A stretch of DNA of 62,857 nt, filler included, from Trichomonas gallinae (Eukaryota): NCBI GenBank assembly GCA_008369845.1. It is 6 parts of 6 records of this genome, joined end to end, with 100 filler letters (N's around TTAATTAATTAA, not from the genome) between each part and the next. Parts side by side here need not be neighbours in the genome. Positions count along the whole stretch, not along the records: positions 49,352 to 57,558 come from MRSU01000029.1; positions 57,659 to 60,064 come from MRSU01000031.1; positions 60,165 to 62,857 come from MRSU01000043.1; 3 more parts are not named here. One strand, given 5' to 3'. Of this stretch, positions 54,322-62,857 are shown one piece after another. The notes beneath the pieces were generated by a model. The model was not told the DNA's origin. It searched no databases and saw only the letters and a program-made list of their open reading frames with translations. The number at the start of each line of letters is the position of its first letter. The first letter of the stretch is position 1. Both the position numbers and the translations under genes were made by a program.

Positions 54322-54582
54322 TTTCTCTATGTTATTTTTTTGTTTTGTAATAAAATGTATCTGTTTATCAAAATTCCAATGGAAATAAATAGAAATAGCC
54401 TTGGTTATTATATTAACTTAATGAAATCCACGAAATAAGAATTATGACAATTTAAAATCTTTGCCATGTAAAAAGTAAATTTCAATTCAATAATAAAAAT
54501 TTGTCACGTAAAAATGTAGGTTTATCCTGTTTTAGGGTCCACCAAACTAAAGTAGGGAGAAACATACACCGTTATAATAAAA

Positions 54583-55860
54583 ATGGACAATCACCTCCTT
54601 GTGGGGCGATTTCGTCTTCGCGAAATGATTGGTGAAGGTGGCTTCGGACAGATATATGAGGCTGAGGATACAAGACTGCATATAAATGTTGCTGTTAAGA
54701 TTGAACCAACAAATATCCCTAACTCTCAATTAGAAATCGAAGCAAAAATGTATGAAATTTTCAATGATAGCCCGTGCGTCCCAAAAATGTACTTTTATGG
54801 AACAGATCGTGATAAAAATCTTTTAGCAATAGATATGCTTCATAAACCAATCGAAAGGCTTTTAGCCGAAAATAAACGCAAGCTATCACTCAAAACGGTA
54901 TTATTACTTGCCGATCAAATGATAGACTGCATTAGATATATTCATAGCAAAGATTTCATTCATCGCGATATCAAGCCAGAAAACTTCATGACAGGTACTG
55001 GTGCCAATTCTGGTAAAATATACATCATAGATTTCGGACTTTGCAAACGTTATAGAAATCAATATAATAAACAACACATTGCATACTCAGAAGGCAAGGC
55101 ATTGACAGGTACAGCTCGCTATGCTTCAATTAATGCAATGGCTGGCGGAGAACAATCGCGCCGAGATGATATGGAATCATTAGGTTATGTTCTTATTTAC
55201 CTGTTAAAAGGTGAACTCCCATGGATGGACCAAAAATCGGAGAATGTCGAAGAGAAATTCAGCAAAGTTCTCCAGAAAAAGAAAAATACAAAAATTTCAG
55301 ACTTAGTCAAAGGAATTCCCGAAGAATTCGGTGAGTACCTTATCATGGTCAGGCAACTCCTATTCCATCAAGAGCCAGAATACGATAAATACAAACAAAT
55401 GTTCAAAGATCTTTACGAAAGGAACGGATTCCCAGACGACCACAAATTCGACTGGACCGAAGAAGAGCCGGAGCAGAAACAGAAGCAGGCGTCAACGTCA
55501 GGCTACCACAGGAAGAAACCAGTCAGAAAGCCAGTACAAGTCGAAGAACTGCTCGCGATGAAAACTAACGCTGTCGTTAAGGAAGAAAAAACTCCGACGG
55601 AAGATTCTAAAGGCGGTTTCGTGCTCGGCCGTGGACACAGGCAGAAGATAGAGGCCCAACAGCAGGCATCAGCTGAAGCATCGCCAAAACCATCGCCAGT
55701 GAAATCGCGAAGTATTCCTAAACATGTTATAACCGGATTTGCCACAAAACCGTCGCCAGTTCCAGTCGTTGCAAATGATAACAGGGGCAAGATATCGATG
55801 GATATGTCCTATTTCAAGCCTCCTCCACCGCCTCCACCTAAGATTAGTTCAAGAATATAA
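54583..55860 (+). CDS. Casein kinase 1 family kinase
   Basis: IGEGGFG, HRDIKPENF, IDFGL, LTGTARYASIN, EQSRRDDMES. Confidence 0.95.
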   Translation: MDNHLLVGRFRLREMIGEGGFGQIYEAEDTRLHINVAVKIEPTNIPNSQLEIEAKMYEIFNDSPCVPKMYFYGTDRDKNLLAIDMLHKPIERLLAENKRKLSLKTVLLLADQMIDCIRYIHSKDFIHRDIKPENFMTGTGANSGKIYIIDFGLCKRYRNQYNKQHIAYSEGKALTGTARYASINAMAGGEQSRRDDMESLGYVLIYLLKGELPWMDQKSENVEEKFSKVLQKKKNTKISDLVKGIPEEFGEYLIMVRQLLFHQEPEYDKYKQMFKDLYERNGFPDDHKFDWTEEEPEQKQKQASTSGYHRKKPVRKPVQVEELLAMKTNAVVKEEKTPTEDSKGGFVLGRGHRQKIEAQQQASAEASPKPSPVKSRSIPKHVITGFATKPSPVPVVANDNRGKISMDMSYFKPPPPPPPKISSRI

Positions 55861-56230
55861 TTTAATTGTTATTATTTTTGTTATAATATAAAAAATTATA
55901 ATACGGAATGCTCCTCTCTTTCGATGAAATGAATCATTCTGGCTAAAAAAGAACAAAAATTGAATTTATAGAAATTTTTGCAATTAGCTTAATTCAAGCT
56001 AACATATTCATGTACAAACGAATATAATCTTTTTCATGAATCATACAAGGAAAAGTTGACAAATATTATTCACAAAAACTAAACATAGAAAATTATTTGA
56101 AAAGTCAAAGAAATACATGTTACTGTAATGAAAAGATTCTAATTCTCTACATATCTTTAAGTTAGTCTATATTATTATTAAGTTTGAAATTTTGAAGAGG
56201 TTAATATGATTGTTTATTATAATATATGAA

Positions 56231-56935
56231 TTATTGGAGAATGTTTTCTGGTGTGACTGCTTCGAGGTTGGCCATGGACGAATAAAGCTTTGTTTCAATG
56301 ACTTTCCACTGATCGAGTTTCAGAAGCTTTTCGTTGATTTGTTTCATTAATTCTGGCTGTTGCTCGATTCTCTTTGGTGAGTTGGCGCCATATACACCAA
56401 GAGAACGGAGAATTGTGAAGCCAGAATAGTTGAAAGCATACATTGCAGACCAAAGATATGCATCAAGACCATTACCCTTAGCTGGATCGAAGAACATTGG
56501 AGATGACCCACATGAGACGATAATAGCAACCTTACGGCCAGCGAGAAAGCCCTTTTCCATCATATTGTTGAAATCCCAAGCGAATGGAACTGTAAGAACA
56601 CGTTCTGTGTAAGCATAAAAACAAGACGGGAGACGGCCAAACCACATTGGCGAGAAAACTAAGACATGTGTTGACCATTTGAGGTTCTCCTGCTGAACTT
56701 TGATTGGGTCAATGAGATTGTCATCTGCCTGGTTTCCGATATATGTGAATGGCTCTGTGTTCACCTTCTTGAAGTCTGCAGCAGATCCTGTTGTGTTGAA
56801 ACCTGCCTCTATGAGGTTTACATAACGAACTTCATGTCCAGCTGCTTCAAGTGCGGCCTTTGCTCCATCCGCGAATCTGAAAGCGGTTGCCTTATGTGTT
56901 GGATCTGGATGTGCGACGAGAATAAGAACACGCAT
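56231..56935 (-). CDS. Flavodoxin-like fold NAD(P)H:flavin/quinone reductase (flavin reductase family)
   Basis: VLILVAHP, SPMWFGRLP..F..Y.ERV...FA, L.GRK. Flavodoxin_2-type layout. Confidence 0.85.
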   Translation of the reverse strand: MRVLILVAHPDPTHKATAFRFADGAKAALEAAGHEVRYVNLIEAGFNTTGSAADFKKVNTEPFTYIGNQADDNLIDPIKVQQENLKWSTHVLVFSPMWFGRLPSCFYAYTERVLTVPFAWDFNNMMEKGFLAGRKVAIIVSCGSSPMFFDPAKGNGLDAYLWSAMYAFNYSGFTILRSLGVYGANSPKRIEQQPELMKQINEKLLKLDQWKVIETKLYSSMANLEAVTPENILQ

Positions 56936-56942
56936 TAGCGAG

Positions 56943-56948
56943 AAATGA
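56943..56948 (-). promoter_or_regulatory. Initiator element TCATTT
   Basis: Lies 8-13 nt upstream of the reductase ATG and matches the trichomonad Inr TCAYW. Confidence 0.6.
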
Positions 56949-57558
56949 AGTCATCCTCTCAATGTATCACTTTCATAGTCGTTCAAATCCTTTTGAGAAG
57001 TGTTTTGAAAAAATCCAATTGCAAACGCGATTCGTGAGCGGAATATCGATCATAATCATGTAGACAGCATGTTTCACAGAAATTTGGAGTTTCAATGAAG
57101 TAATTTGTAAAATAATCGAAGTATTTTGTAAATTAGTTAGTTCAACTAAAATTTCCTTATATCCAATCTTATAAGCAGCATTAAAGTCTATTACATGCAA
57201 TAAATAACCTTAAAATAACGATTGGATAACATACATTAATATTTCAGAGATAGAGAAGGAGTTTGATCCAGTTGGTGAGCATAATGTTACTTTATGACAT
57301 GAAAGCATTATAATGGCACTATGTAAGTCACATAATATTGTTTTTTATAAAATGATGTGGATTTTTACATGTCAAATTTTTATTAATTTTTGTCATATAA
57401 AATTTGTTCGTTTTTAAAATAAATTACATGTCAGATTTTTGGATTTGTTTCGTTAAAGGTTGTCCGGCAGAAAAATATAACTAAAAATTCTGTAAATTAA
57501 TAATATAGAATGAGCACATAGTGACCATTAAAATGCTAGATTCCCATCAAAAAAATCC

Positions 57559-57658
57559 NNNNNNNNNNNNNNNNNNNNNNNNNNNNNNNNNNNNNNNNNN
57601 NNTTAATTAATTAANNNNNNNNNNNNNNNNNNNNNNNNNNNNNNNNNNNNNNNNNNNN
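57559..57658. other. Assembly gap spacer
   Basis: N44-TTAATTAATTAA-N44. Confidence 0.98.
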
Positions 57659-58523
57659 TTCGTATGCAGTTCATAAGTCATCTCTATAAAAACTTTCCTA
57701 AAGAAATACTTTTTTTATACACTTAAAAATTACGCTGGGCAAAACTTCATATTATAACATAATGCTATGGAAGAACTTATCGCTAATCTATTATATATAA
57801 ATATTGACAATTATTAAATTTTGAATAGTTAACTATTCCTCACAAAAAAATTGAAAAAATTAAAAATGATCTGTAATTATATATTAATGTATTATTATTA
57901 ATAAAAGACGAAAATTAAATAATTTATTTTTTGAAAGACTCTCTTAATAAATTGAATTGCGATTTTTGAATTGTTTTCCTATAATTTTTGAAAGTCTAAT
58001 TTTTAAAATTGAATGTTTGATGTCATCTAACATATTGATTACAAAATGAATCTTTTGTTGGTATTTTCAAATTTCAGACGCAGATAAATAATTTTTAGTA
58101 TTGGATACGGCATCCCACTATATTTCCTAATACAAATATTGCATTTAAAATCTTAAACTTGACAACATCGCATAAGGTTCTTTTTCAAAAACCTTTATAT
58201 CTGTGTTTAAACCTAAAAATATTAGTCATATACGCTTACAAAAACTTATAGAAGAGTTGATTTAATTTTTGGGTATATTTCGCATGCTTTACACTAAGGC
58301 TCGACACTAGATATGTTTCATTAAACCCGAGGAGAGTCTTTTGAAGGTGTCAACTTTCAAAAAAAAAAAAAAAAGTTGAAACCAACATTATGATCAATCA
58401 TTGAAATTATATTATTCATAATTAAACGATAAATTTGGTACAAAATAGTTCAATATTTATGGAACAAAGTTTGAATATTTATTGTGCATACATTGTTCTT
58501 ACCAAATGATTTTATATAATATA

Positions 58524-59564
58524 TCATATTTTACAGAATGAAATTTGGAAATCAGTATGAAAATAATAGTACATATTAACATCAGTTACTTTTGCTTTCA
58601 TAATACGCTTCCAAACACGTTTGTTTCTCCTTAGATCGCTAATATGTAACGCAGCAAAATCTCTTATAGGATAAAAGTTGTTCGTTCCATAGCCACATCC
58701 TTCGATTGGTTTGTAAAATTTTGGGCATTTTTTAAGATTATCAAAATGATGTGGCTGAATTGCACAATTCAAATCAGCACCATGGAAATAAGGTAGAGAA
58801 ACATCAGTCATCGAAAGATTTAGATGATCAATAAAAAGACGGAAGGATGCATCATCACCATCGACGTTAGAAGTATACCATTTATTTGCATAATCGATAA
58901 ATTGTAATGCTGCATACCTTGACATAATATAACCCACACCTCCTTGAAGATAAGTCTTGTTAATTGGAGAATAATATTTATCAATACAACTTCCTAAAAT
59001 AATTGATTCCTTTCTAGGGTCTTTATGTAAAGAGATATCTGATATAATTTGATTAATTCTATTTATATCAATACTTACATCGTCAGTCAAAGACCAATAC
59101 CAATCGATTTCAGGATGTCTTAACAAGTATTGGGCGCCAGTGAGACGACGTGCCATTCTATCAACATCAGCTCTATGATTTACAGTTAAGTTCGTTTTAA
59201 TAGAATAAAATGTACGATTGGGTGGAAAATTGTATTGCGGATAATCTTTAGAATGTTCGCATATAAAAGCTGCTTGATGGTATCCTTCAGTAATTATGTT
59301 TTTGACATAATTATTCCAAGGGAAATACCTCCTTCTACTTGAAGGAGTCGTCACAAACCCAAAAAAGATTCTCCCGGTATGAGATTCAAGTTGATAGATT
59401 CCAGGAGCAAAATTACTTCTTGGATAAGGATGGAAATAATCAAAGATGTAAAAATTTATATAAAGTATAATTGTAGCATACAATAGGTATATTACTCTAG
59501 ATCTTTTATGAATAATATTATTTATTTCATTTGGAAACAAAATATTAGGCCGCGTGGAAATCAT
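58524..59564 (-). CDS. Type II membrane glycosyltransferase, GT31/Fringe-like
   Basis: N-terminal TM segment, DWYWSLTDDV, YLQGGVGYIMSR, DD. First ATG is at 59564. Confidence 0.75.
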   Translation of the reverse strand: MISTRPNILFPNEINNIIHKRSRVIYLLYATIILYINFYIFDYFHPYPRSNFAPGIYQLESHTGRIFFGFVTTPSSRRRYFPWNNYVKNIITEGYHQAAFICEHSKDYPQYNFPPNRTFYSIKTNLTVNHRADVDRMARRLTGAQYLLRHPEIDWYWSLTDDVSIDINRINQIISDISLHKDPRKESIILGSCIDKYYSPINKTYLQGGVGYIMSRYAALQFIDYANKWYTSNVDGDDASFRLFIDHLNLSMTDVSLPYFHGADLNCAIQPHHFDNLKKCPKFYKPIEGCGYGTNNFYPIRDFAALHISDLRRNKRVWKRIMKAKVTDVNMYYYFHTDFQISFCKI

Positions 59565-60064
59565 TAATAAAAACAATAACAATGTTTGTCTTTCCGATAA
59601 AAATTGAAATATATGCTCAGAATTTAGAAAAATTGAATTCAATTAAAAATATAGGAATGATTTCAATTAAAATATTCAATTATTTCAAATATTTACAAAT
59701 TCAATATAAATTATGTCTCATTAATTATACTCATCATATACATTTCACAGCATAATGAATAATTATAATTAGTTCTTTTATCTTAAAAATTTTAAAAAAC
59801 TTGAGTTCATATTTTTAGAGCAAATAAACACACTATAATTGGACTTTAGTCCTATTGTCTCCGGTAGCCGGCTAACCACCTCGAATTTCGGCAATCGGCC
59901 AAAATGACTCAGGTCCAAAAAGCGAATAACGATACATGTCCATTATTCGTATTTCAATTAAGGAAATGACTTAGGTCAGTATTTCAAATGCCGAGACAAT
60001 TCTGAACACGGGGCGGTTAGCGGGTTTGAAATCAATTGGAATAACGGCCGGGTATTCCGAATTC

Positions 60065-60164
60065 NNNNNNNNNNNNNNNNNNNNNNNNNNNNNNNNNNNN
60101 NNNNNNNNTTAATTAATTAANNNNNNNNNNNNNNNNNNNNNNNNNNNNNNNNNNNNNNNNNNNN
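60065..60164. other. Assembly gap spacer
   Basis: N44-TTAATTAATTAA-N44. Confidence 0.98.
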
Positions 60165-60927
60165 TTAGCTAATACTCGACTATGAGGCGTTAGGAAGCAA
60201 ACAAGTATAAAAATGTAAACTATTCAAACCTACCCCCTTAAATCTGAGAAATCTGACAAATGATCAAGTGTAAAGAAATTTTGACAATTTGAATAAATGT
60301 AAATAACTTTATTGTCAAATATTATATATCATTATGATTTCATATTATTACAACAAAACATGACTATTGGGAGGACCACAGTCACCAACTGAGCATGTTA
60401 TTGTTTGCTAAAGTTAATTAATAGTATTGATATAGACACGATTTTTTTTATGACCAGACTTTACTGCCATTTAGACCGTTTTATTACCGATAAACTATGC
60501 TTACATCCACATCAGTTAGTCCAATAAAGCTATAATAAAAATGAGATTTGTTAATGTTTATCATGAGCTAGCATCTATTATATCAGATAGCAATGAATAG
60601 AGTAACTTCATTTAATGATATATTTTTCAATAAAACTCAAAACATTATGATTTAATTCATTTTTAAAATTCATGGTGATGTTTATTCAAACAATACGTAC
60701 AATAGTAGATGCAAAATAAGTAATGTGACGCTTATTGTTCTGCGATCTTCTGACTTGATTTAATATTTACGAAGAATATTTAATTTAATTTGTTATTGCA
60801 GGGCAAAATATAGATTCTACACTGAGAATAGCTATTGATTTCATTATATCTGATTATTAAATTTTGAATTCAAATAAAGGAAGCTGATCATTTGAATTAT
60901 AATATATCAAAATTGGGGTTCAGAACA

Positions 60928-62352
60928 TTATACATCATTTTGATAGTTTTTCAAAAAAGAAATAAATTCATCAACATCATTGAATGACGTTGCCCATCCA
61001 ACGGATGCCCTAATCGCGCCAAAATCTTTTGCTCTTAAATCTTCACTCGTCTTTTGAAGACTTCGCATACATGTTACAGGAGTATTCATGCATCCACCAC
61101 TTAATGTTATGTTTTTTGCTGCAGCAGCGGCTAAAACAGATTTGTAATCAATGATATTCTGTGATTTATCGATGATATTAAATGTTACTATTGTTTCTGA
61201 GGACTGATCTGAATATAATACTATATTTTTCAAATCTTTGATACCTTTGTACAGTCTATTGAACGTGTTTCTGATGCCAGATGTCATCTGATTGAAGCCT
61301 AGGTCATCGAATAGCTGGAAACCATTCTTTAAAGCAGCAATTGATAAAAATGGCAATGACCCATCTTCAAATTTTTCTGATGGACGCAATCTGAGCTTTT
61401 CATGATCTTCTTTGGGTAATGCAAACACTAATGTACCACCTCCAAAGTATGGTTTCTTGAGAGTTTTAATAAATTTGCCTTCAATTATTGCAGCGCCAAG
61501 TGTTGGATAGCCAAACATTTTATCAAAGCTCACTGCAACAGCCGAAAATGGTGTTTCTTTGAGATCTAGCTTATGATTTGCAAGATAAATTGAAGCGTCA
61601 ACTAATGTTGCAGCTGATGAGTCAGCATTTTTGATTATCTTTTGCATCTTTGCAACAGGTAAAGTAGAGCCATCAAATTCGTCAACTAACGGAAACGCAA
61701 TTAAATTTGTTGTATTTTGAGGAAAATCAAATTTTGCATCAGATTTAATATCGAAACTCTGCACTTTTGCGCCTTTTTCAGTTGCAAATCCACGAAGACC
61801 AAGGATATTATTTGAACTCGATGTGCTGTAAAGAAAAGATGAGTTTTCATTGAATTGGAATGCTTCAGCAACTAATTTCAGAGCTTGTGCGTGACTATAT
61901 GTAAAAATTACTATGTATTCTGTTGCTTTTTCTATTCCAAAATATTTTCTAATGTAATCTCGCATCTCATTGACAAGATCACTTGATAATTTTGCTGATG
62001 GTGATTCAGAGTGCGTATTTCCGTATAAATTTTTGTGAAGATGCTTGATGAATGATCTGATTTGAATATCAGTGAAAAGATTATGCTGAGCGTAGTCGAA
62101 ATACAGATTATTTTCGAGTCTTTTCATATAATTTTTTCGATAATTATCAACAGTTTCAGCATGTGTCGTTCCTTTTAGAGAAAATTTTGGTAATGGAGAC
62201 AATTTTGAAGGCTCAGCGTTGAAAATTGCACTTCCAACCATTATTATGAGGACAATAATTCCAAAAGACAGTAAACCAATCATGTAAACAAGAAATGAAT
62301 GAGTTTTTTTCATTCCCGAAATTTCGTTATAAGTGGGAATTACTATAGGCAT
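60928..62352 (-). CDS. Molybdenum-cofactor-sulfurase-like PLP protein (aminotransferase class V) with an N-terminal TM helix
   Basis: YFDYA, YGNTHS, VIFT..ALKLVAE.F, SFDKMFGYP.LGA, FGGGT, FEDGSLPF, GAIRASVG. The likely start is MPIVIP at 62352, because the upstream part of the track ORF is promoter-motif DNA. Confidence 0.8.
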   Translation of the reverse strand: MPIVIPTYNEISGMKKTHSFLVYMIGLLSFGIIVLIIMVGSAIFNAEPSKLSPLPKFSLKGTTHAETVDNYRKNYMKRLENNLYFDYAQHNLFTDIQIRSFIKHLHKNLYGNTHSESPSAKLSSDLVNEMRDYIRKYFGIEKATEYIVIFTYSHAQALKLVAEAFQFNENSSFLYSTSSSNNILGLRGFATEKGAKVQSFDIKSDAKFDFPQNTTNLIAFPLVDEFDGSTLPVAKMQKIIKNADSSAATLVDASIYLANHKLDLKETPFSAVAVSFDKMFGYPTLGAAIIEGKFIKTLKKPYFGGGTLVFALPKEDHEKLRLRPSEKFEDGSLPFLSIAALKNGFQLFDDLGFNQMTSGIRNTFNRLYKGIKDLKNIVLYSDQSSETIVTFNIIDKSQNIIDYKSVLAAAAAKNITLSGGCMNTPVTCMRSLQKTSEDLRAKDFGAIRASVGWATSFNDVDEFISFLKNYQNDV

Positions 62353-62569
62353 TTTTGATTTTTTTACATGACAAAATTTCCAAATTTTCTGAAAATTACT
62401 TGACAAAAGAATAATTTTACATGTCAAATTTATTACACGACAAAACATCATTTTACATGTCAATACTTTTTTAAAAAACATATGATAGGAAAGAGCGATA
62501 TTGCTATGAAGTAGTGTTATTGTTTCGTGTAAAAATAATGGTATTTAACGATTTCAAGATATAATATAT

Positions 62570-62857
62570 TTATTGAGCTGGATCGAAAGCAGCGCGGAAA
62601 GCATTAAGCTCCTCTGTCTCAACCTTGCCGTAGTTGACAATGGCGCAGGCACCGCAGTTCATCTGGCGGCGGACAGATCCGTCAGCCTTGAAGTGTGTAA
62701 GGCCAAGAGCGCGGCCAAGGAGTTCCTTCTTTTCAACAGCCTGAAGCTTGACGTTGTGCTTCTTGCAAAGGCCTGTAACGAGGTTCTTGTAATCCTTGTT
62801 CTCGCAGTCATCAGCGAGAAGAACAAGGAGGGCCTTGCCCTTAAGGATAGCCTTGAT
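62570..62857 (-). CDS. RPS12: 40S ribosomal protein eS12 (3' part; start lies outside the window)
   Basis: Translates as IKAILKGKALLVLLADDCENKDYKNLVTGLCKKHNV...LGRALGL..DGSVRRQMNCGACAIVNYG..*. It is missing from the ORF track. Confidence 0.9.
   Translation of the reverse strand: MKAILKGKALLVLLADDCENKDYKNLVTGLCKKHNVKLQAVEKKELLGRALGLTHFKADGSVRRQMNCGACAIVNYGKVETEELNAFRAAFDPAQ

Noticed and set aside
965..57200. Numerous 60-170-aa antisense or overlapping ORFs and short intergenic ORFs in the track
   Set aside because: They are shadows of real genes or low-complexity AT-rich frames with no recognisable motifs.
60262..60275. GATCAAGTGTA resembling U2 snRNA (also GTGTAGTA at 10433)
   Set aside because: Neither site has the full branch-point pairing context, stem I or an Sm site.

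Overview
Gene-dense, AT-rich eukaryotic DNA that is almost intron-free, most consistent with a trichomonad parabasalid (Trichomonas vaginalis or a close relative). The evidence is TCAYW initiator-type elements, AAAGTGAC/CCTTT core-promoter motifs, TAA stops overlapping a TAAA poly(A) signal, a 25-nt intron, and bacterial-type metabolic genes. It is a scaffold with five artificial 100-bp spacers (N44-TTAATTAATTAA-N44). There are about 27 protein genes: an Hsp70 C-terminus, a large beta-propeller protein, a BAR-like/SH3 protein, a degenerate CHD-type remodeller with FYRN/FYRC, a SNARE-like protein, a Rab1-like GTPase, Vps41-like, B-box/TLDc, TTLL, ArfGAP, GH2 beta-mannosidase, Mon1, two protein kinases, CBP80-like, importin-beta-like, CFAP58-like, a degenerate cpGTPase, a DCX/P-loop protein, histone H2A, DGK, a flavodoxin-fold flavin reductase, GT31, a MOCOS-like protein, eS12 and hypotheticals. 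The best-supported features missed by the ORF track are a 25-nt intron that restores the Rab N-terminus, a 121-bp MITE with TIRs and a 9-bp TSD, a gene-oriented upstream motif TG(A/C)CATGTAAAA, a 38-bp fold-back hairpin, and several apparent pseudo-enzymes. All homology calls come from motif recognition by eye; no searches were run.
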